DNA of 35,384 nucleotides from Actinomycetota bacterium (GTDB lineage Bacteria; Actinomycetota; UBA4738; CALAEC01). The notes beneath the pieces were generated by a model. That model saw only the letters and a list, made by a program, of their open reading frames with translations, did not search any database and was not told where the DNA came from. Made by a program: the position numbers and the translations under genes. The stretch covers positions 1-35,384 of the forward strand of contig DAITPV010000002.1 in NCBI GenBank assembly GCA_036833435.1, given 5' to 3'. Shown in pieces: positions 18,013 to 24,228 of this stretch; position 1 is the stretch's first letter; every line of letters begins with the position of its first letter.

Positions 18013-18018
18013 TAGAAT
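18013..18018 (+). promoter_or_regulatory. candidate -10 box (TAGAAT) for the tRNA-His/tRNA-Lys pair
   Basis: A TAnnnT hexamer lies 10 nt upstream of the tRNA-His 5' end, in the same GCTGC-TAnAnT context as tRNA-Gly. Confidence 0.35.
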
Positions 18019-18028
18019 CGCCGGACGT

Positions 18029-18103
18029 GGTGGCCGTAGCTCAAGTGGTTAGAGCGTCGGGTTGTGGTCCCGAAGGTTGGGGGTTCGAGTCCCCTCGGTC
18101 ACC
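18029..18103 (+). tRNA. tRNA-His (anticodon GTG) with encoded G-1
   Basis: Manual cloverleaf: G-1 plus acceptor GTGGCCG/CGGTCAC, D stem GCTC/GAGC, anticodon stem TCGGG/CCCGA with loop TTGTGGT, T arm GGGGG-TTCGAGT-CCCCT, discriminator C. Confidence 0.9.
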
Positions 18104-18109
18104 CGGCCC

Positions 18110-18183
18110 GGGCCGCTAGCTCAACTGGCTAGAGCAGGGGCCTCTTAAGCCCAAGGTTGCAGGTTCGAGTCCTGCGCGGCCCA
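18110..18183 (+). tRNA. tRNA-Lys (anticodon CTT); integration target of the downstream element
   Basis: Manual cloverleaf: acceptor GGGCCGC/GCGGCCC, D stem GCTC/GAGC, anticodon loop CTCTTAA, T arm GCAGG-TTCGAGT-CCTGC, discriminator A. Its 3' 45 nt are duplicated at 35267-35311. Confidence 0.9.
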
Positions 18184-18186
18184 CGA
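18139..18186 (+). repeat. attL core: 48-bp direct repeat (3' part of tRNA-Lys plus 3 nt)
   Basis: GGCCTCTTAAGCCCAAGGTTGCAGGTTCGAGTCCTGCGCGGCCCACGA is identical at 35267-35314. Flanking bases differ on both sides. Confidence 0.9.
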
Positions 18187-18254
18187 TGAAAATGCAGGTC
18201 AGGGACCCACGACAGTCGAACCGGTGTTCTTGGCGGCCCGAGATGCTGGACATC

Positions 18255-18273
18255 CGCAACCCAAATGCAACCC
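18255..18273 (+). repeat. pair of direct (C/T)GCAACCC repeats, 11-bp phasing (candidate arm-type recombinase/RDF sites, attL side)
   Basis: cGCAACCCaaaTGCAACCC. The same motif pair with identical 11-bp spacing and orientation is at 35135-35153. Confidence 0.55.
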
Positions 18274-18302
18274 GAGCGCCGGCGATCTCCGGCTAGGCAG
18301 CC

Positions 18303-19211
18303 GTGGGGCTGGTAGCGGAAATCCGCGATGACGCCGTCAGGCCGGACGTCCCAACGTCCGTTCTTCTCCGCAAGTGCCTTGTGCTCGCCTCACGGCTGGG
18401 GCACCAGCCTTTGATGGAGTGGGTCCAATACGAGCTCAACGGTTACCCCGACGATGCCCCGTTGCCCTCCTATCGCGGCCCCCACGCCCTGACACCGATG
18501 GCCCACCTCGCCGGTCCTTTTCGCTCCGAGGTGAGGAACCTCCAGGTCCCCATCGGGGCGATTCCTGAGTACGCCAGAGAGTGGCTAAAACACGAGACGC
18601 GGGAGGCTCTGGCCGGCCTTGAACACACGGTCCGCCAGGCGGAGAGCAAGGGCCTCGGTTCTCTGAGGGTCCACCTCCCAGCGGACCTGGCGCCCCAAGT
18701 AGAGATCTACGAGGGGCACACGACCGTTCAGCTCTGGCTAGAAATACCCCTCAGCCTGGGAGTGGCGATCCTCGACCAGGTACGAAATCGAGTCCTGAAC
18801 TTTGCCCTGGAGATCGAAAAGGAGGATCCCCGGGCGGGCGAGGCCGAGATCGGGTCGCAGCCCATCCCAGAAGACCGGGTGGCGCAGATCTTCAACGTGG
18901 TGGTGATGGGCGGAGAGCATAGCTGGAGCCTTGGATCGTCTGGTCAAACGATTCAGCTGATCGAGGCGAACGTTCAACCTGGCGAACTCAAGAGCCTGGT
19001 CGAGTTCCTTCGAGGGCAGGGATTGCCCGAGTCCCAGATCAAGGAGCTTGAGCAAGCTCTCGAGGAAGACGGCTCGATCACAGGGGCTGAGCCGGGGCCC
19101 CAGACCAAGGGTTGGCTACGCCGGACGGCCGATAAGGCTGGGGAGGTGGGTTCGTCCGTTGCGGCCGGGGTCATCACCGCAGCCCTCAACCGTTACCTCG
19201 GGCTCAGCTGA
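18303..19211 (+). CDS. AbiTii-domain-like protein (putative abortive-infection/defence cargo)
   Basis: 302-aa ORF (GTG start). The N-terminal pattern ...VPTSVLLRKCLVLASRLGHQPLMEWVQYELNGYPDD..LPSYR matches my recollection of AbiTii-type N-terminal domains. The C-terminus has a short hydrophobic helix (VGSSVAAGVITAAL). It is the first gene inside attL. Confidence 0.5.
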   Translation: MGLVAEIRDDAVRPDVPTSVLLRKCLVLASRLGHQPLMEWVQYELNGYPDDAPLPSYRGPHALTPMAHLAGPFRSEVRNLQVPIGAIPEYAREWLKHETREALAGLEHTVRQAESKGLGSLRVHLPADLAPQVEIYEGHTTVQLWLEIPLSLGVAILDQVRNRVLNFALEIEKEDPRAGEAEIGSQPIPEDRVAQIFNVVVMGGEHSWSLGSSGQTIQLIEANVQPGELKSLVEFLRGQGLPESQIKELEQALEEDGSITGAEPGPQTKGWLRRTADKAGEVGSSVAAGVITAALNRYLGLS

Positions 19212-19396
19212 TTCCCGAGGAAGCTGGCCTGGACGAAGGCCTCGATGTCCTCACGCCGGAACCGGACCAGCTGGCCCAGGCGGATGTGGGGAATCCGCTG
19301 CTCCTGGGCCCACAGATAGACCGTGTTCCGCTTGATCCCAAGGTAGGTGGCGACCTCCTCGGCAGTCATCAAAGGGACTAGGGGCCGCTCATCCAC
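19193..19396 (-). CDS. excisionase-family (MerR/Xis-like) helix-turn-helix DNA-binding protein
   Basis: MTAEEVATYLGIKRNTVYLWAQEQRIPHIRLGQLVRFRREDIEAFV is a typical Xis/AlpA-type winged HTH. Start is GTG 19396 or ATG 19369. The 3' end overlaps the convergent AbiTii-like gene by 19 nt. Confidence 0.75.
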   Translation of the reverse strand: MDERPLVPLMTAEEVATYLGIKRNTVYLWAQEQRIPHIRLGQLVRFRREDIEAFVQASFLGNQLSPR

Positions 19397-19405
19397 GGTC
19401 GGGGA

Positions 19406-19708
19406 TCATATGCCCCCGGCGATCACCCCGGAAGCCAGCGCTCCGACCAGCAACTCCCACTGCAACTGTTCCCAGCGGAAGAGGCAACGGTAGAGAGCAC
19501 CGTTCACGATCTCCTGGTAGCTCAGGATGTCGGCGGCGATCCAGCCCTCCGCGTCACCATTATCGAGCTGCACCCGCTCCGGCGTAGGCCAAACATCCCG
19601 TGCCTCCTCCAGTGACGGGAACTCCATGAGGATCTGGCCTTCCTCCAGGAGCCGAGGGTCCTCCCAGCGAACGAGGTACCAGCCATCGGTCTGTCTCTGT
19701 TGAATCAC
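19406..19708 (-). CDS. hypothetical protein with hydrophobic C-terminal tail
   Basis: 100-aa ORF; GTG start preceded by GGGAGGTGG. C-terminal LLVGALASGVIAGGI. No recognisable domain. Confidence 0.5.
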   Translation of the reverse strand: MIQQRQTDGWYLVRWEDPRLLEEGQILMEFPSLEEARDVWPTPERVQLDNGDAEGWIAADILSYQEIVNGALYRCLFRWEQLQWELLVGALASGVIAGGI

Positions 19709-19836
19709 CCTGGGCCACCTCCCATAGTGGCTCCCTGTGAAGAGGCCCGGGGCAGGGGCAGGGACACCCTTTTCGGCCGTACGTGCCTAGCCCTGGGCCC
19801 GCCGGACTGTACCAAGCGGGCCCGACGAAACCGCTG

Positions 19837-20127
19837 TCATCGAGTCAGGCGGGCCTCCTCGTCATCCTCGACTTCCTCGGTGAAGATCAGCACCTTGTGG
19901 CGAGTCTCTCCGGCCTCGTTCGTCCAGATGATGTGCTCGGCCGGACCGGTGGCCCTGTAGACCTTCCCTGTGTACTCGGGGTGCGGCCAGACCCGGGAGT
20001 TGATGATGTCCCCCTCGTTGATCGGCAGGAACGGAGTCTCTGACTCGAACAGGACCATGACGTCTCGGGTGCTGCCGGGCTCGTAGATCTCCAGCATGTA
20101 CCTCCTGATGGGATCCGCTTTTGCCAT
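19837..20127 (-). CDS. hypothetical protein, tightly coupled to the integrase 3' end
   Basis: 96-aa ORF. The ATG lies 3 nt after the integrase stop. Acidic C-terminus (EEVEDDEE). Confidence 0.5.
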   Translation of the reverse strand: MAKADPIRRYMLEIYEPGSTRDVMVLFESETPFLPINEGDIINSRVWPHPEYTGKVYRATGPAEHIIWTNEAGETRHKVLIFTEEVEDDEEARLTR

Positions 20128-20130
20128 CGC

Positions 20131-20930
20131 CTAGATCCTCCCCTCCCCGCCGATGATGAGGTCGGCCACCGCATTGGCAGCCTGCTCCTCCAGAGACGGG
20201 ATCGAATGGCTGTACGTGTCGATCGTGAGGGTGATCGTCGAGTGGCCGAGCCTGTCAGAGACGACCTTCGGGTGAACACCGGCTGCGAGAGCGAGAGTTG
20301 CGTACGTGTGACGGAGGTCGTGTAGCCGGATCCGTGGAAGGCCGGCGTCACTCGCGCGGCGTTGGAACGCCTTTGAGAACTCGTCAGGGTGGACTGGCGA
20401 CCCGTCCTCCTTCGCGAAGACCAGGCCCTGGTCCCGGTAGGCCGGCCCCCAAGCCAGTCGCTCCTTTGCCTGCTGCTTCAGGTGGTCGCGGAGAGCCGCG
20501 ATGGTCGCGGGGTCGAGCGAGATCCGTCGTCGGCTTCGCTCCGTCTTGGGCTCGGTGACCACCACGCGATACCCGACCGCAGTGATGGCCTGGCGGACGG
20601 CGAGGGTGCCGGCGGTTAGATCGACATCCTCACGTCGAAGGCCCAAAACCTCCCCACGACGCATGCCGGTCGTGGCCGCGAGGAACCAGGCAGCGAAGAG
20701 CCTGTCTTCCCGCACGTGCTGAAGGTAGGCACGAAGCTGCTCCGCGTCCCAGGTCTGCATGGGAACTCGGGGCTGCCTTGGAAGGCTCTGATTTTGGGCG
20801 GGGTTCCGCACCAACCGCCCCTCCCGTGTGGCTTCCAGGAAAGCCCGATGGAGGGTGGCCCCGATGTACCTGACCGTTCGTGGTGAAAGTCCGGAGCGAT
20901 CCCCATTTCTCCGCCCCCTCTCCAGCAGTC
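20131..20930 (-). pseudogene. int: tyrosine integrase, C-terminal fragment (rest of the core-binding domain plus catalytic domain), separated from its N-terminus by an IS
   Basis: The frame is open from the IS boundary: ...LLERGRRNGDRSGLSPRTVRYIGATLHRAFLEATREGRLVRNPA..., then catalytic motifs RRGEVLGLRREDV, HDLRHTYATL and LGHSTITLTIDTYSH. There is no ATG or GTG at its 5' end. Confidence 0.9.
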
Positions 20931-20947
20931 GGTAGTGGGTCAGTTTG
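20931..20947 (+). repeat. IS left terminal inverted repeat
   Basis: GGTAGTGGGTCAGTTTG begins GGnnnTG, like the ends of E. coli IS1 (GGTGATG...). Confidence 0.9.
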
Positions 20948-21022
20948 CCCGCTGAGCTGCCCTCACGCCAGAGCGGTCAAGCAGGGACCGCCTATCTCCT
21001 CTTACCCAAGGGCCTCTGGCGG

Positions 21023-21280
21023 CTAGTCAACGGTGCCGCCCAGGTCCTCGACTATGGCCTTGAACTGAGCGACCAGCGTGTGGAAACGCTCGGGCCTGAT
21101 CCACACGTGAGCTACGCCCTCATGCTGGGGCCCTCCGGGAGCAGGATGTATCGCTTCACGGGCAAACAGGATGGCGATGCCGTCCTTCTGCGCCCGGATG
21201 AAACAGCCTTGGGCGAATGAAGGCTCGGCCATCTCATCGTCGATCTCCACGGGGACGTTCCCGTAGGTCAGGATTGCCAA
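21023..21280 (-). CDS. hypothetical protein (IS passenger, downstream of the transposase)
   Basis: 85-aa ORF. TTG start 24 nt after the transposase stop, preceded by GGGAGGGG, which sits in a CCCCTC/GAGGGG hairpin. Confidence 0.4.
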   Translation of the reverse strand: MAILTYGNVPVEIDDEMAEPSFAQGCFIRAQKDGIAILFAREAIHPAPGGPQHEGVAHVWIRPERFHTLVAQFKAIVEDLGGTVD

Positions 21281-21303
21281 GGTACCCCTCCCTTCAGAGG
21301 GGT

Positions 21304-22143
21304 CTAGTCAAGCAGCCCGGCGATCTCTTCGAGGGTCCAGACGTGATCGGTGACCCCTGCCGCCATCGCCGGGGTGGTCGGGTAGCGCTGGCTGAGGGTC
21401 TTATGGGGTCTGGCGAAGTTGTAGTGCATGAAGTGGAGGGACACGGCATGGGCCAGGTTCTCGACCTTCCGGCTGAACGCATTGGTCAGCCGAGTGAAAC
21501 GGCGCATCCCCATCCGGATCGTGAGGTTCTGCCGTTCCACATAGGACGTGGAGATGTGAGCGGGATCGGGGTCACCGTAGACTCTGATGGTCTCGACTCC
21601 GGTGCATTCCGTCGGGCTGTATCGACGAGCCGCGTCCTTCACGTTCGGCGGGGTCCCGTAGTGCTTTTCGAGCATGGCGTAGTCGATGCGAGGGCCGAAG
21701 GTCTCGGTGACTGCTCGGACGTAGATGCGGTTGCCGTCGGTAGTGAGCTGGATCCGATTCTTCACTCGGGAGGCCAGGTCCTTCATGAATACGTAGGCGT
21801 CGATGGCCTGGCGCTCCCCGACCAGCCAGGTAGGGACCAGCTTGGTGTCGGCATCGAGGGCCACCCACGTCCACACGTCCCCGTACTCAAAGGGATGCTC
21901 GGGCTTGACGTTCTTGGCCTTGGCCCCCACGAAGGCCCATATCTCGTCGCACTCGATCCGCTTGGAGTCCAGGTCCCGGAGGGTGGCGTCCTGGTACTTG
22001 GAGCAGGCATCCCCGAGGTCTCTGAGCAGCTTGACCACGGTGTTCTTGGCGGCACCCGTCACCCTGACAGTGGCCCGGATGCTCATGCCCTCGACCAAGC
22101 ACCCGATGATCTGTGCCCTCTTCTCGGTGCTCAGCATGTTCAT
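21304..22143 (-). CDS. IS1-family DDE transposase (single fused ORF)
   Basis: Motifs parallel E. coli IS1 InsAB: CDEIWAFVGAKAKN (vs DEQWGYVGAKSRQ), LTTDGNRIY (vs MTDGWPLY), YVERQNLTIRMGMRRFTRLTNAFSRKVENL (vs [28 protein letters not shown]). N-terminal HTH. Start set to ATG 22141-22143, just downstream of a TTGACT-17-CATAAT promoter; ATG 22152 and TTG 22179 are alternatives. Confidence 0.85.
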   Translation of the reverse strand: MNMLSTEKRAQIIGCLVEGMSIRATVRVTGAAKNTVVKLLRDLGDACSKYQDATLRDLDSKRIECDEIWAFVGAKAKNVKPEHPFEYGDVWTWVALDADTKLVPTWLVGERQAIDAYVFMKDLASRVKNRIQLTTDGNRIYVRAVTETFGPRIDYAMLEKHYGTPPNVKDAARRYSPTECTGVETIRVYGDPDPAHISTSYVERQNLTIRMGMRRFTRLTNAFSRKVENLAHAVSLHFMHYNFARPHKTLSQRYPTTPAMAAGVTDHVWTLEEIAGLLD

Positions 22144-22150
22144 ACTGATC

Positions 22151-22179
22151 ATTATGCCTGACCGGTCAAGCATAGTCAA
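22151..22179 (-). promoter_or_regulatory. candidate transposase promoter (TTGACT, 17-nt spacer, CATAAT)
   Basis: On the minus strand the -35 is at 22179-22174 and the -10 at 22156-22151. The ATG at 22143 lies 7 nt after the -10, implying a leaderless or near-leaderless mRNA. Confidence 0.5.
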
Positions 22180-22210
22180 GGGGGTATCCTCATCGGCCGA
22201 TGGGGAAGCT

Positions 22211-22528
22211 GTGTCGGCCCTAGCCAGCGACCTGTTCGAACCGCCGCTCGATCCCGGTATCGCGGAGGCAGTGATCCTCCTGCGCGAAGCGGGGATCGAG
22301 ACCTTCGAATCCTGCGAGGGAGGGCCAGGGCATTCCTACCCCGAGCCAACTGTCGCCTTCAATGGGGAACCCTCGGCCGGCTTTCAGGCCTATGCGGTGG
22401 CCGTCCAGCACGGTCTCAAAGTGAACACTCTTCGTCGAGTGTGGCGGGTGGACTACGGGGAGCTGACCGGGCCGTGGTGGGAGCTCACGCTGGTCCCACC
22501 ACGCCCAAGCCAGGCCCTACCCTCCTAG
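22211..22528 (+). CDS. hypothetical protein (IS passenger)
   Basis: The long track ORF (antisense to the transposase) was trimmed to GTG 22211, preceded by GGGGAAG. 105 aa with no recognisable domain. Confidence 0.4.
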   Translation: MSALASDLFEPPLDPGIAEAVILLREAGIETFESCEGGPGHSYPEPTVAFNGEPSAGFQAYAVAVQHGLKVNTLRRVWRVDYGELTGPWWELTLVPPRPSQALPS

Positions 22529-22692
22529 GACTGCAGGTCCCTGCAGTCCTTGCAGTGCCTCAGCCCTCCGGTGCCTTCGACACGGTTGTACGACTCGATG
22601 TTGTTGCCAGTCGTGCATTTCGTGTCGTCGTGATAGACACCATCCGGCTTGCCCTCCTCCAGTCTGGAGTGCCATGGGTTCGTTTTGGCCAC
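22525..22692 (-). CDS. small Cys/His-containing protein (55 aa; not in the ORF track)
   Basis: Hand translation gives VAKTNPWHSRLEEGKPDGVYHDDTKCTTGNNIESYNRVEGTGGLRHCKDCRDLQS*. GTG start preceded by GGGGGAGGTGA. It has its own TTGACT-16-TATGCT promoter plus an operator palindrome. Confidence 0.55.
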   Translation of the reverse strand: MAKTNPWHSRLEEGKPDGVYHDDTKCTTGNNIESYNRVEGTGGLRHCKDCRDLQS

Positions 22693-22724
22693 CTGGGATC
22701 ACCTCCCCCGTCCCGGCTGGGAAC

Positions 22725-22738
22725 TTACATCCATGTAA
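22725..22738. promoter_or_regulatory. operator-like palindrome TTACATCCATGTAA
   Basis: Perfect 6-2-6 palindrome 6 nt downstream of the -10 (TATGCT, 22750-22745) of the 55-aa gene. A near-identical copy is at 23004-23017. Confidence 0.55.
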
Positions 22739-22812
22739 TTTCGAAGCATATCAGCCGGGATCAGGGAGTCAAGCACCAGGGCGGGGGGAACGGGAAGGGC
22801 AGATCGGGGGAG

Positions 22813-22980
22813 CTAGGCGGGGGTGACTCTCCGCTCGGATTCGATGTACCGGCGCAGGGCGCTGCGGATGATCCGGGCTATGGGCCGGTCCTCGGCCTCG
22901 GCCTGTTCGTGGAGGGCTTCGCGCAGATCACCGGGCAGCCGCACCACGTACTGGTACTGGGTGACGCGGTCCTTCGCCAT
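22813..22980 (-). CDS. ribbon-helix-helix (CopG/Arc-type) DNA-binding protein
   Basis: Trimmed to the ATG at 22978-22980 (GGGAAGGGAG SD). MAKDRVTQYQYVVRLPGDLREALHEQAEAEDRPIARIIRSALRRYIE shows a beta-strand then helix-helix pattern. Confidence 0.7.
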   Translation of the reverse strand: MAKDRVTQYQYVVRLPGDLREALHEQAEAEDRPIARIIRSALRRYIESERRVTPA

Positions 22981-23003
22981 CCCGACTCCCTTCCCGTGGG
23001 GAA

Positions 23004-23017
23004 TTACGTCCATGTGA
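23004..23017. promoter_or_regulatory. operator-like near-palindrome TTACGTCCATGTGA in the RHH gene promoter
   Basis: Overlaps the last base of the -10 of a TTGACC (23045-23040), 17-nt spacer, CAGAAT (23022-23017) promoter on the minus strand. It matches 12 of 14 positions of the 22725-22738 palindrome. Confidence 0.55.
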
Positions 23018-23056
23018 TTCTGCCGAATACCAAACGATTGGTCAAGCGTGTCCAGG

Positions 23057-23326
23057 CTACCGGCTTCGCTTCCGACCCTCAGGGGAGCGCTTGCCGCGCC
23101 ACCGGGCGATGGCGGCCTTCCTGGCGATCTCCTGGCGCTTCTTGGCGCTCAGCGCCTTGGCCCTGGCCTTGCCCCCCTTGAGGCCACCCTTCCGCCCCAG
23201 CTCGACCGCTGCGGGGTCCTTCGGGGGTGCCTCGGGCTTCGGGGGTGCATCGCCGGTAGCCTCATCGATGAGCTGCTTGGCGAGTTCGTTTACGTCCCTC
23301 GGCCGCTTGCGTGAGCGCTCAGGCAT
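23057..23326 (-). CDS. small basic Lys/Arg/Ala-rich protein (IS passenger)
   Basis: 89-aa ORF. GRKGGLKGGKARAKALSAKKRQEIARKAAIARW is a motif I recall from small MGE-associated proteins of unknown function. Confidence 0.5.
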   Translation of the reverse strand: MPERSRKRPRDVNELAKQLIDEATGDAPPKPEAPPKDPAAVELGRKGGLKGGKARAKALSAKKRQEIARKAAIARWRGKRSPEGRKRSR

Positions 23327-23375
23327 GGCCCAAGGGTCCCACCCGAGCCCCTGAGCGTCAAGGCTGGCTATCCCT

Positions 23376-23392
23376 CAAACTGACCCACTACC
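23376..23392 (+). repeat. IS right terminal inverted repeat
   Basis: CAAACTGACCCACTACC is the exact reverse complement of 20931-20947. It supplies the GSGSV-stop tail to the truncated integrase N-fragment. Confidence 0.9.
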
Positions 23393-23752
23393 CAGCAGTC
23401 CCGCGTAGAAGGCATTCAGCTGAGCGGTGGTCAGCTGCTGGAGCCTGATGCTCCCCAGGCCCGGGATCACGTGGTGCTCGAGGTTCCTCCGATAGGAGTC
23501 CCACGTTGAAAGCCGGACGCGGGCCTTGGCACCCTCGAGCCACTGAAGGAGATACTCCCCGACGGTGAGCCGGGACGGCTCCACATACGTTCCTTGCGCC
23601 AGGCGGCCCTCCTGCTCTGTGAGCCAGTCGCGAGCTTCACGCTTGGTCGCAAAGCCGCCCTTCCAAATCCGCTTCCTGTTCCGGGCCTCATCCCGCCCCA
23701 ACTCGATGATGGCAACCCACCTGCTCCCCCGCCTCCATACACGGCCTCTCAC
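23393..23752 (-). pseudogene. int: tyrosine integrase, N-terminal fragment (arm-binding and start of core-binding domain)
   Basis: GTG start overlaps the repressor stop (GTGA). RGRVWRRGSRWVAIIELGRDEARNRKRIWKGGFATKREA...TVGEYLLQWLE...STWDSYRRNLEHHVIP is a typical phage-integrase N-terminus. The reading frame runs into the IS end and stops at 23375. Confidence 0.9.
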
Positions 23753-24192
23753 GATTCCTCCCCCTTCACCTTGGCAATCTCGATCGACTCCACCCCGACA
23801 TCCAGCCGGCGCACGCCTCTCCCAGGTCCCGGGCTCTCGTCCTCCAGGAGGTGCCCCTGCAAACGCAAGCGGTCACCCGCCTGAAGCCCTCGAGGCTGGC
23901 CCGGCATGAGCAGGTGGATCTTCTCGGGGGGATTGCGAAGGGCTCCCGTTGGTCTCTGGCCTGTGGTCGTCGCGATCAGCTCCGCGTGGGAAACCCCCAG
24001 GGCGTTGGCCAGGCCCGCGAGAGTTTCGGGACGAGGGAACCGGGAGCGGCCCTGCTCGATCTTCCGGATCATGTCGATCGAGAGGCCAGATCTCTCAGCC
24101 AGATCTCGTTGGGTCAATCTGAGCCTCCTGCGGCCCTCAACGCACGCTTCCTTGAGTCTCGAGGCCGAGTCAACCTTCCCGGGCCTGCTCAC
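23749..24192 (-). CDS. XRE-family HTH repressor (cI-like), co-transcribed with int
   Basis: HTH LTQRDLAERSGLSIDMIRKIEQGR. 147 aa. The GTG start sits 6 nt after a -10 hexamer, so it is probably leaderless. Divergent from a cro-like gene. Confidence 0.8.
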   Translation of the reverse strand: MSRPGKVDSASRLKEACVEGRRRLRLTQRDLAERSGLSIDMIRKIEQGRSRFPRPETLAGLANALGVSHAELIATTTGQRPTGALRNPPEKIHLLMPGQPRGLQAGDRLRLQGHLLEDESPGPGRGVRRLDVGVESIEIAKVKGEES

Positions 24193-24198
24193 ACAATC

Positions 24199-24228
24199 AT
24201 ACTAGTCGTACAGTTGTACGACTGTCAA
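24199..24228 (-). promoter_or_regulatory. repressor promoter (TTGACA, 18-nt spacer, TAGTAT) with an 18-bp perfect palindrome filling the spacer
   Basis: On the minus strand the -35 is at 24228-24223 and the -10 at 24204-24199. The palindrome GTCGTACAGTTGTACGAC spans 24205-24222. Confidence 0.6.

Larger units (their letters stand above)
20931..23392. mobile_element. IS1-family insertion element (2,462 bp) carrying passenger ORFs, inserted in the integrase gene
   Basis: Perfect 17-bp terminal inverted repeats: GGTAGTGGGTCAGTTTG (20931-20947) and its reverse complement (23376-23392). An 8-bp target duplication CAGCAGTC flanks it (20923-20930 and 23393-23400). Removing the IS plus one duplication restores ...FYAGLL|ERGRRNG... 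in frame. Confidence 0.9.

Noticed and set aside
20952-20980. Outward-facing TTGACC -35 box near the IS left end that could drive the integrase C-terminal fragment
   Set aside because: No acceptable -10 lies at 16-18 nt. The open frame entering the int fragment has no ATG or GTG start before the TTG at 20814. Expression of a functional C-fragment is not supported.
21738-21744. Internal GGTAGTG identical to the first 7 nt of the IS terminal repeat
   Set aside because: It lies in the transposase codons for LTTDG, and the match does not extend beyond 7 nt. It is not an internal IR.
22585-22595. 11-nt match (GTTGTACGACT) to one half of the switch palindrome at 24213-24223, inside the IS passenger 55-aa ORF
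   Set aside because: It is a half-site only, lies within coding sequence (ESYNRV), and sits in a different mobile element from the switch. It is probably chance, although this cannot be excluded without statistics.
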